Assembly (NCBI RefSeq): GCF_000281045.1
Contig: NW_008246088.1
Coordinates: forward strand, 284,974 to 347,690
Source of the DNA: Saprolegnia diclina VS20
Taxonomy: Eukaryota
Direction of reading: 5' to 3'
Length of the DNA: 62,717 nucleotides
In this document: positions 35,298 through 47,134 of the stretch, in pieces
How the letters are laid out: the number at the start of each line of letters is the position of its first letter
Numbering within the stretch: position 1 is the stretch's first letter
Notes under the pieces: generated by a model
Seen by the model: only the letters and a program-made list of their open reading frames with translations
What the model was told of the DNA's origin: nothing
The model's database searches: none
Program-made: the position numbers and the translations under genes

Positions 35298-36518
35298 ATG
35301 AACCCGGGCGAAGCTTTGGCCGTCGACGTGCACGATCCGTCGGGCTGCGACTACTCGGTGCAGTGGTCCCCCGAAGAGCGCAACATCCTCGACAACCTCC
35401 TCGGCGACGACGAGACGGATCACAGCGAATCACCGCCGCCGGGGCGCAACGGCTCCAAGCATCGTCTCGTGCTGCAGCGGTACCGGAAGCGCAAGCGCGA
35501 AGAGCTTTTGCATCTCCGCAACGCTGCGAACGAGCTCGAGGCCCGGCTGCAGCAACTCCAAGCGGCCAAGGCCCACGAAGATCGCGTGCGCCCACCGACC
35601 AAGTGGCGCCAGCTCGCGGTCCAAGAACGGCAGCACGAAGTCGCGGCGAGGAAAGAGAACCAGCAGCTGCGCGAGCTCGTGCACCGGCACATGGTCACGG
35701 CGCAGATCTTTGCAAGTGTCCTTGAAAAGACGCGCGAGGACACGCAGTCACTCGCAGTGTTTGACGCACCGACCGACAAGTGGCGGTCGCTCATTCTGGT
35801 CAAGGACACGTCGTTGCGCACGGCCGCCATGCACCAGATTCTGGACCGCGAGTACGCCAATTTTGACAGCGCGTTCATCGAAGCCGGCCTTGTTGACGTG
35901 AGCGAGGACTTTCAAAAGCACATCTCCAAGTTCATGCCCGACGCCGCGCACGAGTTTCAGAACGTCGTGTACCGGCGCACGGGGTTGCCGCTGCGCTGCG
36001 TCGCGGCCGGGCTCTGGAACGTCATTCGCGGCACAACCGACAAGCTCCCGAATATGAACCGCCACTGCCACACGCTTTTGGATGTCGATACGCACACGTC
36101 GTACGTCTCGGGCACCTTGTCGCACCCGCTCGGTACCTTTCAGCGCCGCGTGCTCTGCAAACTCTACTTCAACGCGCCGGACCCAAAAGCGGCGACGCGC
36201 TGCGTGATTGTGTGCCGCAGCATCGAAGACGACGAACTCTCGCCGTACAGCGAGCACTCGCCGTACTCGAACGAGGTGTCGTGGCACGCGCTCGAGACAA
36301 ACGAGGTGGGCGGCACGGACCTCAAGTTTTTTCAGAAATTTCGGCCGTCGGCGTCCACCAACGCCAATTTGCCGCTCAATTCGACGTGGATGCGGACGCT
36401 CGAGCAAGACTCGCGCCTCATGCGCCGCGCCGTGCACCAGTACATTGACGAATTTGTAGAAACCCCCCACGAGGACAGTCTCGTCCCTTCGACGACAACG
36501 TGTCCTGTCTCGCACTAA
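35298..36518 (+). CDS. Oomycete bZIP-like / START-like protein (M96 mating-specific-like family)
   Basis: KHRLVLQRYRKRKREELLHLRNAANELEARL basic-zipper, KWRQLA..RKENQQLR, and C-terminal CVIVCRSIEDDEL typical of this family; intronless. Confidence 0.7.
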   Translation: MNPGEALAVDVHDPSGCDYSVQWSPEERNILDNLLGDDETDHSESPPPGRNGSKHRLVLQRYRKRKREELLHLRNAANELEARLQQLQAAKAHEDRVRPPTKWRQLAVQERQHEVAARKENQQLRELVHRHMVTAQIFASVLEKTREDTQSLAVFDAPTDKWRSLILVKDTSLRTAAMHQILDREYANFDSAFIEAGLVDVSEDFQKHISKFMPDAAHEFQNVVYRRTGLPLRCVAAGLWNVIRGTTDKLPNMNRHCHTLLDVDTHTSYVSGTLSHPLGTFQRRVLCKLYFNAPDPKAATRCVIVCRSIEDDELSPYSEHSPYSNEVSWHALETNEVGGTDLKFFQKFRPSASTNANLPLNSTWMRTLEQDSRLMRRAVHQYIDEFVETPHEDSLVPSTTTCPVSH

Positions 36519-37242
36519 TGTAATCCAAGAACTATGTTGGCACTCGCTTGCTCGTCCATGACGTTACTAGGATCGAAGACTAACGTTAGGATGCCATGTT
36601 GTCCGGTTCATGACGACGTTGCCCGACTGCTGCGACGCGTGATGCTGGACAATGCACAGAAGAGTCAAACGGGCCACTCATACGAAACGAAAGGGCCACT
36701 TGATTGCACAGCGCTCGACAGTTTGCGGTGGTGTCCTGTATGTCGTCTTGTGCCAGGGCAAGGACACACATACTGGAACCAGTTCTCCTGGTGATGCTTA
36801 GAGTGTTGCTCGTTATGTATAATGGAAGGAAGCCCGTAGAATGTAGAAGCACCACTCATACGCTAACCGCAACGTCATTTGAGCGGTGCGGCTTTTCCAT
36901 CAAAGGCAGCTAGCTACCTCGGACGACGTTCATCTCGAGCTCGAGGCGGCCAGTATAAATGCATCCAAGGTCGAGGCCTTGATGGACGTGCGCCAGTGAC
37001 GCTCGAGCAAATGGCCACCAATGACGCAATGAACCGATCGGATATCATTTGGTGCGAAGCGGTATCGCGTTGGCCTCTCAGAGGAGTTGAACGGGTGGCG
37101 TCAAAAGACGTGGCGCGTCTCGCGTCAGCGGTTGGCGCGTTTTTTACGAAGTTCGCACTTGGTTTACCGGATCTTCAACTTCGATCTCCGCGCAACTTCA
37201 AATTCGGCAGAACAAGCGAACGCTCCGGGGACCAAGATCAAG

Positions 37243-39404
37243 ATGGCGGCCGAGATTCCGCTGCCGCTGCGCAGCCTATGGCTGCAAGCCCACGCTCCGC
37301 GATCACGCGACGAGACCACGTGCGTCTTACGCCAGCTCCAGCGACTGCACGGCGAGCATGGCTGGCGCACCGTCCAGCAGCTGCTGCACTGGGTCCAGTC
37401 CGGTGCGACCATTCGCCCATGTGCATGCTGCCACGCCGACTGCGCTGCGTCCTGGACGTCGACACGCCACCTGGAAAAAACCATCGAATACGAGCAGTTT
37501 CTTCTCTCGTCGGCGCTCCGCCACGTCGCCGTGACGCTCAAAGAAGACCGCGCGTGGACTCTCAGCGCGCTCGACGCCCTGTATCCCGTCACCACGTGCC
37601 TTGAAGTCGTGCTCCTCGAGCGTACGCCAAGCGCCCGACAGATCCATGGCTCATGCGTTTCCTTGTAGACGACGCAGTCAAGCCATTAGGACGCATCTGG
37701 CAGCATCTTCGCCTCGCGTGCGGCGGCACCGCCTACGTGGAGCGCCACGCAGCGCTTGTCGCGTCGTACGATGCTGCGCGCTGGTGCACAGCAACCACGA
37801 AGGCAATGGATCAGCTCTTCGTGCCCAAGTTTAGCAACGTCGTGGACCCATTTCCCGAATTTACAGCGTCGGCCACACCCATCGTGCTCTCGGGCTTCCA
37901 GACGACGTTTCATCCGCGCATGCCCCGGATGCTCGAGACACGTACGAGGACTCGTGCATTTGCATTCTTTGATCGTATGCTTGCGTAGACAAGGCCTCGG
38001 ACACGGTGCTGGGGTATGCGTGGTCGACCGACGACGCAAGCCTCTTCTTGCTCAAGGCTGCGGAGCTGCAGATCGCGCTGGGGCGACTCCTGTACGCCAA
38101 GCAGACGCGGGTCGACGCAGGTCTTTCATCGCAGCCCGCCCTATTTGTCTTTTCGTGTCATCCGAGCAAGACGCGCGAGGCCTTGCACGATGTGCCGATC
38201 GCTTCCCACCTGCCGGTACTACTCATCTTGTCGCCAAGTGCTGAGTCGACTGCACGTAGATGGACTGCAGCTCGGTGCCGTACCTCGTGGAGTTTCGACG
38301 CGGCAACGTTCCGATTGTGCTGTCAATCCCGCACGGCGGCGGGACGTCGGCGGCGACGGCTTTGGGTCGGTGGCAGCTGTCCCAGTTGACGCAGCGCACA
38401 CCGTCCAAGACAAGTGCCAAGCGCTTTACTGTCTTTGCCGACACGCGCACCGTCCACGTGGGCGCGGGTAGGCCATATCGATACGGAGAAAGCGTATATG
38501 GATATGTGTGCAGACGCGTCCAAGGCACTCGACGGACTCACCGACGGCGCGCAGCCGTATATGGTCATTGCCAAGTTCCACCGCAAGTTTGTCGACGTCA
38601 ACCGCGCGCACAACGAAGACGCGTACGTGGACGACACGCCGTGGACGCAGCACATGTATGCCACATACCACAGGTAGCGCCACATGGAGAGAAGCGTGCA
38701 GTCTATGGATTTGTGTGCATGGAACTAGCACGCTGCTGCACGCACTGCAAGAGATATGGCTACGATTTCCCATGTTTGACCCGCTCTTGCTCGATATCCA
38801 CGGCCAGCGTGCCGCCACGTGCCCGCGCCTCGGTATCTCGAACCTCGAGTCGAAGCAGCTCCTGTATATTGGCACACACAACGGCCTCACGATTCACTCG
38901 ATGGACGTCATGCAGCGGTGCGCGTCAAGGGCGTGGATGTCCTTTTCAGTGTTAATTTTTTAGGTATTTTCTCGGTCATTTGCACGGAGCCCTCCAAGAG
39001 CAAGCGTGGCTGGGCATCTACCCACTTGCTGAGCGGGACAAAGACGGCGGCTACGCCTGGGGCTTGTACGTACATGGCTCGCTACGATCGTGGGAACTGA
39101 CGCCTCTCGTAGGGAGCGAAAGGAGTTTCTGGGTGGCTACATTGTCCGGTACAATCGCAGGGCGATGCCAGCAGGACCCTACAATGTGAGTCTGCGTAGA
39201 ACGTACGGGCATGGCGCGACCGGGGCAAACGCTGTCCAGCTCGAGTTTGGCGCGTCGATGCGCGGTGCCGACGTCGACTTGCACCCGGACGAGTCCAAGG
39301 CCCAGCGCCAGCGTACGTCGGAAGCACTCGCTGTCGCAATGGCCAGCTATATCGAGCACATTGGTCTTGGATTCGGCCTTCTGGAGCGCGACGTGTATTC
39401 CTAA
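37243..39404 (+). CDS. N-formylglutamate amidohydrolase-like domain fused to an unrecognised N-terminal region (multi-exon)
   Basis: PIVLSIPHGG, FHRKFVDVNR, LLLDIHG, FLGGYIV, AVQLEFG motifs; upstream exons join in frame through three GT-AG introns. Confidence 0.75.
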
Positions 39405-39735
39405 GCGCTATCTGTAAATTTGAAGTGTGTTGTACCTCGAAATACTATATATGAAGTTCTGCGCAGTAGGTGTGCTTCTAGTGCGAAAGAAGGCGAGCAC
39501 TCGGACCTCAACTGCGCCTCTGTACGCTTTCACCGAATCCTCCCATCTCCCTACTTGCCACCACAGAGGGTTCACAGCAAGGTCGTCGCCAGGTGATCTG
39601 CAACGTCAACCGCTCATTTAGATGTATATTGGCGTATGACCGACAAGAGCTGTCTTCTTCTGGTTCTGCGGTACATCCTGCTAGTGCCCACCTTGCGCTC
39701 TTCTCGCGGCAACTGCGGCGCGCTTCAACTTCAAC

Positions 39736-40379
39736 ATGGCAGCAGGCGTAACCGGTATCCGGTTGAGGCCCCCAATGACAAAAAGGCAACGACGAAGATC
39801 CCAGGCGTGATGCGAGCTTGGTACAAGGCCGTGAGCACCAAGTACCCGCGCGTCGTGGCGGGCTGCACGGCGTCGTGCGTACTGGCCTCCGCGGACGTCA
39901 CCTGCCAAACGATGCTGCAGGCCGACGACCGAGGTCGGCTCGACCTCTCGCGCACGGCCGGCCTCGCCCTCTTTGGCCTTGTCTACTATGGCGGACCGTG
40001 CAAGAGTTTGTACTTGTACTTTGACAAGGTCATGGGCACGACGCCGACGCCGCGCACGGTGCTGCTCCAGACGTTCATCGATTGCTACATCCACACGCCG
40101 CTGCTGCTCATCCCGTCGTTCTACTACATCACGAACGCGGTCAAGGGCAAGAGCGTCGAGGAGACGACGCTCCAGCTCAAGCGCGAGTGGCACACCGCGT
40201 CGTTTGGCTCGGTGCTCTTTTGGACGCCAGCGCAAATCCTCAACTTTTGGGTCGTGCCGCAGCACTCCAAGATCCTCTTCGTCGCCGGCCTCTCGTTCGT
40301 GCACAAGACGTGGCTCTCGTGGCTCTCGAACCGCGACGACCACGCCAAGGTGCTGCTGCTCGCGAGCCAAAAAAGCTAG
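39736..40379 (+). CDS. Mpv17/PMP22 family membrane protein
   Basis: ASADVTCQ..DLSRTAGLALFG, FWTPAQILNFWVVP; short first exon MAAGVT joined by a 50-nt intron. Confidence 0.88.
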
Positions 40380-41230
40380 GTTTGACGAGACAAATAAGAT
40401 GAAATGCTTACGACAAATAAGATGAAAGAGCCATTGAATGGTGCAAACAAGGGATGACCGACGGATGGACAAGGTGTCGTCTGTGGACCACAAACACGCG
40501 CCTGTTTAGGCACCGAGCACGCGTAGACTCGCGCTTCCGTTCTCTCATTGGCCGAGCCCACGCGTGGCGGCCCATTTTGAATATCACTGCAGACGGTCGG
40601 TCCCGTACAGCATGTTTTATGCGGCAACAGGTTATCATGCTGGCTCATTGGCCACGCCCACGCGTGCCTCGTAACCTGCTTCCTTCTAATCGCTCATGGG
40701 ATGCAGGAAGACCTCTCGCGGGTAATTCCCCTATTCAGTACGCCGCCCCGCCGCGTTCATTGGTGGCAGCTTGCCAGAGAGCAGGCGGCGATCCTGGTCA
40801 TATTCTCCGATATCTATGGAAGGCGTTTTGCCCATCACAAAAGGTTGCAACGTTCGTCTCGTTCTGGCAAGACCCGTCGTCTGTGGACGGTAGTTGTCGG
40901 GCATCGATTGGGCGCCGCTCTCCATTGAGTGATGGGCAATGGTACTACCTAGTGGAATTCCCTCCCACCGTCGGCGCTGGATGACGGTGTTTCGCACCCG
41001 CGCAACCTTCCTCCGCCCGTCGTCGCACTGAGCCGGTCAAAGATCGCGCGCAATCACGCGCGATTGGGCCTGTTTGCACAATGCCAGTAGCCAATCGCAA
41101 TCGATCTTGCATTTGATTGGCAGAATCCACGCGCCTTGGTGTCAATATTAAGTTTGAGAGGTCCGCATATTCGTGGTGTGGTGCTATACGATGGGATTTG
41201 CGGCGGGCACCGAACCTTCCAGTTGACAAG

Positions 41231-42298
41231 ATGAGCCAAGTCCAGCACGAGACCAGCGTGACGTCGTCCTTGAAGAAGTCTCTCGCGGCTTCCTCCGGCG
41301 CCATGATGACCTCGCTCTTTGTGACGCCTCTGGACGTCGCCAAGGTGCGCCTCCAGGCACAGACGCAGACGTCGGCCTTCTCGACGACCGCGTCGTGCAA
41401 GACCAAGACGTCATGCTTGTCCAAGTGCGTCCAGCACGCGCCGCGCATCACGCCGTGCCGGTCGATGCGCAACCCGCTTTTGGCCGCGGCGCCGAAAGCC
41501 CCGTGCAAGTTTCGCCAGATGACCGTGCACTGCGTCCAGGCCAACTGCCACTCGTCGCACTTGCCATTGAACGGCACGGTCGATGCGCTGCGCCACATCT
41601 TTCGCACCGAAGGCGCGCGCGGCCTCTTTGCCGGATTGCCGCCGACGCTCATGCTCTCGGTGCCCTCGACGGTCCTCTACTATACGTCGTACGACCACCT
41701 CGTGCACGAAGGCGCGCAGAAGTTCCCCGAAGTCGCGTTTCTGATGCCGCTACTCGCCGGCTCGAGCGCACGCATCGTGGCCGCGACCATTGTGTCGCCG
41801 CTCGAGCTCGTTCGCACGCGCATGCAGGGCCACGGCACCAAGCTGCAGACGACGTCGCCCGGCGGCGTCCTCTCGACGCTCACCGGCGCCATCAAGCAGA
41901 ACGGCGTCCGGTCGCTTTACCGCGGCCTCAGCGCCACCCTCGCGCGCGACGTGCCTTTTAGCGCCATCTACTGGACGTGTTTTGAGCAGTTCCGGAAGGC
42001 GCTCGAAGTGCGGTTTCCCGAGACGACCAAGATCCAACAGTCGTTTTGCGCGGGGGCCATGGCCGGCGCGATCGCGGCGACGATCACGACGCCCTTTGAC
42101 GTGGTCAAGACGCTGCAGCAGGTCGACGGCAGCCTGAACCTTTCGACGACGCAAGTGCTGCGTCGGCTCGTGCGGACCCAAGGCCCGGCGGCAGTCATGA
42201 CGGGGCTCAGCGCGCGCCTGGCCAAGATCGTGCCGTCGTGTGCCATCATGATTTCGAGCTACGAGGTCGGGAAGCGGTACCTCGGCCTTGAAAACTGA
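41231..42298 (+). CDS. Mitochondrial carrier, SLC25A39/40 (Mtm1)-type
   Basis: Three signature motifs PLDVAKVRLQ, PLELVRTRMQ, PFDVVKT; TLARDVPFSAIYW and AKIVPSCAIMISSYE characteristic of the SLC25A39/40 clade; Cys-rich first matrix loop. Confidence 0.88.
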   Translation: MSQVQHETSVTSSLKKSLAASSGAMMTSLFVTPLDVAKVRLQAQTQTSAFSTTASCKTKTSCLSKCVQHAPRITPCRSMRNPLLAAAPKAPCKFRQMTVHCVQANCHSSHLPLNGTVDALRHIFRTEGARGLFAGLPPTLMLSVPSTVLYYTSYDHLVHEGAQKFPEVAFLMPLLAGSSARIVAATIVSPLELVRTRMQGHGTKLQTTSPGGVLSTLTGAIKQNGVRSLYRGLSATLARDVPFSAIYWTCFEQFRKALEVRFPETTKIQQSFCAGAMAGAIAATITTPFDVVKTLQQVDGSLNLSTTQVLRRLVRTQGPAAVMTGLSARLAKIVPSCAIMISSYEVGKRYLGLEN

Positions 42299-44182
42299 GC
42301 GTTTCGTGTAGTTTAATCGTCAACTAATTATCTTATTCTGTTTCAAATTCTTTTTGCGAAGACGGAGGAGGATACGCCGTGCAGACTTGGGTGCGACTTG
42401 CAGTAGTAGCCCGAACCAGACACGGCCACGTGGGGTCGCGTCGACGCTTTCCCGTCACATCACAATGTCGGACGCGCGAATCTGGGTCCAAGCAGGGAGC
42501 GACCGAGTACCTTTTGACAGGTCTGGGACGAGTGGAGCTGCCACGAAACGGGCTGGCATCCAGGAAGCTCCTGCCATGGGTTCCGCCTCCGCGCCGCCAC
42601 TCATTCCAACACTTACAATGCCAAGACGAAGGATTTTTGCTTCAAGAGGACAAGGTTATCCTGTCTACAAATGCACAGTCTTTACAAGCCGCCTGCAGAC
42701 TCGTCGACGCGACGTTGGTGTCGTTTCTTCGTCGGTTGGTTTCATTTTTTATTCATGGGAGGAATGCCGCACGTCAGCAACGGCATCTCGTCGGACACTT
42801 CAAGGATTCAATGCGTGCACATTTATGATTCGACCAGGTCGCTGTAGCCGAGTAGCCAGCGAGCGGGTCGGACACAGGAGTAAAATAGCTATGGAGCCCT
42901 GGTCCGCCACGAAGACCCCGGAAGCTGACCCCGAGCACCCTCTACTAGTATTAGCAGGCGGATCGACACGTCCTGCTGGCAAGCGACAGGTGTCATCGCG
43001 GAGCCTCGGCCGCGGAGAATGCGCGTTGCATCATCCTATTGCGCTCCTTCGCTCTCATGTCAGCAGAGATCTTTGGAACCCGTGGGATGCTCTTGTCCAC
43101 AGCCAAAGACAGGCGATGCTCCACACTAATAGTATCTTCTGGGTCCATCGTACACTATATGCGTTCTGCTTGCGAATACTGTGCAATCCAATGTGTCCCG
43201 AGTCGGCGTGGCCGGTTGCATGCGCAGCGCTTCAGAAATCAAGCTGCTGTCAGCAACTGGAACTCTCAGGAAAAGCGCTCGTCCATCTGCAGCGCGAACG
43301 GGGCCGACCCACGCAGCTGCGAAGGATATGAAGGTACAGTACCTCATTCGCACACGATTTCAAGGTTGTAATCATTTTAAATAGTGTGCTGTCGGCGTTG
43401 ACCGCGTTCGTTGAAGGCAACGAAAAAAAGTGGCTTGCCGCACCAGCCGTGCCAGAGCCACGGTCAACGATGCACGTACAGTGCCCGTAGCTCGCAGTCG
43501 GCGGGTTGGGTGCCCGCGTAAAAAGGTTGGCTCCAACGGTCTCCTACACAGTACTATGCCAAGGTGCAATCTCGCACCAATCTGAGTTGAGCGTGGGTTC
43601 AGCACAAAGTGTCAAGCGCCTCGAGCGCCGTCGTCCGCCTTACTGCACGTGGCGCCTTTGCAGGCGCGCGGCGAAGAATACATGCGCTTTTCAACTGATA
43701 TCTTTTTCGAGAACGAAGAGCCAGGCCTAGAATAATGACTGGCGGCTCGGCGTTGTGCAAGCCGCACATTTACCCATGCGACTGGCTTGCTCCAGTATGT
43801 GACAGCGCGCGCGCAAATTTAGCGCTCGTGCCCACATATATGTCCAATCTTGTTCGTAGAACCAAGCAACAACGAACGCAAAGCTTCGTGTTTCTGGCGG
43901 CGCGCGCCCATCACACTCTCCACGTACAACTCCGCAATGGTGGTTCCATCCCCATCACGTGCGGCCGGTATTAAAATGAATTCCAATCTATTTAAATGCA
44001 CGAAAAAAGTGCCTGAAATGCGCCGGGCCAATTTTTAAATTGCATCGTCGCATCTCGCCATGTACTTGCTCTTTGCATGGAATTGGACCGTTGCGCAATA
44101 AAAATACAAGTAGAAGACGGACCGCCCTCGTGGCGTAATTGTAGCATCGCGACATGCCAATTGAAGTCTGGGCGACCACGGA

Positions 44183-44195
44183 TTTTGGCCAATCA
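44183..44195 (+). promoter_or_regulatory. Extended CCAAT box (TTTTGGCCAATCA)
   Basis: About 120 bp upstream of the MO25-like ATG; identical to 1821 and 32595. Confidence 0.55.
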
Positions 44196-44313
44196 GCGGA
44201 CGCGGGCGCCCACTGACGCGACTCCGACTGTCGCCAGCGCCCGTGTAACATTAGTTCACCGCGTCGGCGCGGCGAGGTCAGTTGCATTTCGTGGCCCACC
44301 CGCGCAGTACGAG

Positions 44314-45423
44314 ATGAGTGTGTTTCAGTTCTGGAAGCACGATGTGACGTCGCTCTGCGCCTCGCTGCATGAGCTCCTCAATGACGTGGCGATGCCAGAC
44401 GAGAGCGACGCGAGCGACTCGGAGGACGAGCCCCAAACCGACGTCAATGGCCGCGTCGAGCGCCTCGTCGCCAAGCTGCGCCATGTCTTTTATGGCATGT
44501 TGGACCGACCGGTCAAGGAGGAGGACTGCAAGCAAGTCGCCGAGATGCTCGCGCGATCGCATGTCATGGCCCGCCTCGTGACGCCGTCGCTCCTGTCGCA
44601 GCTCTCGTTTGAGACGCGCAAGTCGGTGGCCGCGCTCTTTCGCGCGCTCGTCCACCGTGACCAGTCGTCGACCATTGTCTGCGACGTGGCCCTCATGACG
44701 CGCCTCGCGCAGGGCTACACGGCGTCGACCGACACGGCGCTCGTGTGCGGCAGCATGCTCCGCGACTGCCTCGAGCGCATCGAGTGCGCCCACGCGTTCC
44801 TCCTCAACATGCCGGCCGAGCTCGAGCTCCTTGTGGCGACCGCAGCCACCCATCCGCATTTTGAGGTCTCGTCCGACGCGCTCTCCAACATTGGTCTCCT
44901 CCTCACGCACAAGAATTCGGTGCCCGTGCTCCTGGCTGAGTTTGATCGTGTCTTCACGGCCCAATACCAGACGCTTCTGCTGTCGGACAACTATGCGACG
45001 CAGCGCCATGCGCTTCAGATCCTCTCCAAGGTGCTTCTGGACCCGATGAACGGCGCGGTCATGATGAAGTACATCTCCAAGCGCGACCACCTCAAGACCA
45101 TTCTGCGCGTGCTCCGCCGGCCGAGCGACGCGCTGCGGATGGACGCTTTCCATATCTTCAAGATCTTTGTTGCCAACCCCAACAAAACGCACGAGGTCGA
45201 GGCGGTCCTCCTCCGCAACCGCGACAAGCTGCACGCGTACGTCAAGAGCTTTGGTGCGACTCACCACGGCGGCAAGCAGCAGCCCGGGTTCCTCGCCGAG
45301 ATTCGGCTACTTCTCTTCACCCTCGAGCACCTTGACCAGACAAAGCGCGAACTCGAGCCGCCGACGGACGACAGCCGGCCGCCAAAGAAGCAGCAAACCG
45401 CGACGCTTGTCCAAACCTTGTAA
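44314..45423 (+). CDS. MO25/CAB39-like scaffold protein (divergent)
   Basis: CGSMLRDC, FEVSSDA, NYATQRHAL, MMKYIS, AFHIFKIFVANPNK. Confidence 0.9.
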   Translation: MSVFQFWKHDVTSLCASLHELLNDVAMPDESDASDSEDEPQTDVNGRVERLVAKLRHVFYGMLDRPVKEEDCKQVAEMLARSHVMARLVTPSLLSQLSFETRKSVAALFRALVHRDQSSTIVCDVALMTRLAQGYTASTDTALVCGSMLRDCLERIECAHAFLLNMPAELELLVATAATHPHFEVSSDALSNIGLLLTHKNSVPVLLAEFDRVFTAQYQTLLLSDNYATQRHALQILSKVLLDPMNGAVMMKYISKRDHLKTILRVLRRPSDALRMDAFHIFKIFVANPNKTHEVEAVLLRNRDKLHAYVKSFGATHHGGKQQPGFLAEIRLLLFTLEHLDQTKRELEPPTDDSRPPKKQQTATLVQTL

Positions 45424-45533
45424 TAGCTAGACCCTAATTTATAGTCCAATTACCCAAGTATAAATAGTAGTACGTCATCATCATCTTCGTAGTCTTTATT
45501 CGCTAATGCTGTATTCCTCTACTCGCTTCGTCG

Positions 45534-46220
45534 CTAAATGTCGTCGTCAAACATATCGATGAGCTCCCATTCGATCTTGTCCGGGTCCGCAATGCTCGTC
45601 GCAAAGGTCCATTGGCAGTACGAATCCCGGGCCTCGGTCGTCGTCGCGGCGCCGGCTTCGGTCGTCGCCAAGTGCTCGGTCGTGTGGTACAAGACCGAGA
45701 GCATGAGCTTCATCTGCTGGCCGTCAAGGAGCAGCCGGCTAAACTGCCCGCTGTGCACGTCGAGCTGCTGCAGCTCGACCGTCGTGTTGGGCCGCACCGG
45801 TGTTCGCTTGTAGTCGGCGACGAGTGCATCAAAGCACTCGGGTGACATGACACTTTTCAGCAGCTCCACGGGTGGCGACGTGACCGAGGTATCGCGCACG
45901 TAGGTCTGGAATTCCGGCGTGTAGATCGTGTGAAGTACCAGGTCCAGCGCGACTTGCGCGCCGTCGATGAAGTCGGGCATATCCAAGCCCGAGGACGGAA
46001 ACGCATGGTGCAGCAAGGCGAACGACATGGCCTTCTTCACAAACGACATGTCGGGCTTGAAGAGCTCGTCCTCGTCCCAGCGGTAGAAGCGGTCGCGGTC
46101 CTCGTACGCGCGCTCGAACGAACTGCCAAAGGACTGGATGTCAAAGGTCGGTGGCGCCGACGACGACGAGAAGGTGCGCGCGATCAGCCGCGGCCGCACC
46201 ACGGATCGCAGCGCTTGCAT
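45534..46220 (-). CDS. Mitochondrial MAIP1/Tim44-like protein, paralog 1
   Basis: Presequence MQALRSVVRPRLIARTFSS; DMPDFIDGAQVA and CQWTFATS..WEL motifs shared with 47135 and 48126 genes. Confidence 0.65.
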   Translation of the reverse strand: MQALRSVVRPRLIARTFSSSSAPPTFDIQSFGSSFERAYEDRDRFYRWDEDELFKPDMSFVKKAMSFALLHHAFPSSGLDMPDFIDGAQVALDLVLHTIYTPEFQTYVRDTSVTSPPVELLKSVMSPECFDALVADYKRTPVRPNTTVELQQLDVHSGQFSRLLLDGQQMKLMLSVLYHTTEHLATTEAGAATTTEARDSYCQWTFATSIADPDKIEWELIDMFDDDI

Positions 46221-46331
46221 GCTTCGACAACCTTCGCGAGATGGGCGGATTCGGCACGCTAGATTCGGCATTCGTGGCATATGCCGAACCAAAGCCGTCA
46301 CCGCCTTTCCCACAGCACCAAGCAAGCAAAG

Positions 46332-47090
46332 ATGCAGTTTGCCCTTGGTACGTGGCGTGCGCGGGTGACGACGCGAGGAACGTTCGCGATGCGTAGACCG
46401 CTTCTGCCTCGCCCAGTTTGAGGATCCAGCGCACCAAGGGACGCAGCTACGCTGGGACAAGGCGGACTTCGAGCGACGCATCAACTGCGCGTTTGCAGCC
46501 GGCGATTGCGCACTCGTCGACGGGTGCGTCATGGTGTGCTAATGCAATGACGATACGAATCACGTACTAGCTATGCACCGTTCTGCAAGCACCTCTTTGT
46601 GCCCAACTTTACGGACGCGCTTGTGAGCACGGCCGCCATCACCGACGCCAACAAGTGTCACTTGCGCAGTGCATACGTGGCCCGCGCCGAGCACGAGCTG
46701 CCCGTGTATTACATTTGCATCGTAGTCGTATTCGCCTGTGATCTCATGCGGGCGCCGTCTAGGCTCACGCGGTGGTTTCCTGCGGACGTGGTGCCACCGA
46801 CCGTCGCAGCGTATCTGGACGTGATTCTCTACAGCCGCGGCCAAATCCGGCTCGAAAATGCAGCGACGGGGCACGCAAACGACCCGAGAAGCGACACCGC
46901 GCCGTGGGGCATCATCTACATCAAGGCGCAGGACGTGCCGTACGAGCTGCCGATGGACCCGATCACGATCCTGCGCAATGCACTCGGCAAGGCGGAGGGC
47001 GGGTCCGGCGTACCACTAAACCGCGACGCATATGCAGCGTCGGTCGCCTACTGGTCGCAGCATGCCACAATCCAACGCGATGACGCGTAA
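46332..47090 (+). CDS. DUF3228 family protein (multi-exon)
   Basis: LVDGYAPFCKHLFVPNF, AYVARAEHELPVL, LDVILYSR, WGIIYIKAQ..ELPMDPITILRNALG..GGSGVPL. Confidence 0.85.
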
Positions 47091-47134
47091 GTTTCGTGTA
47101 AAAACGACTCTGTATGGACACTATTGTCTGTGGG

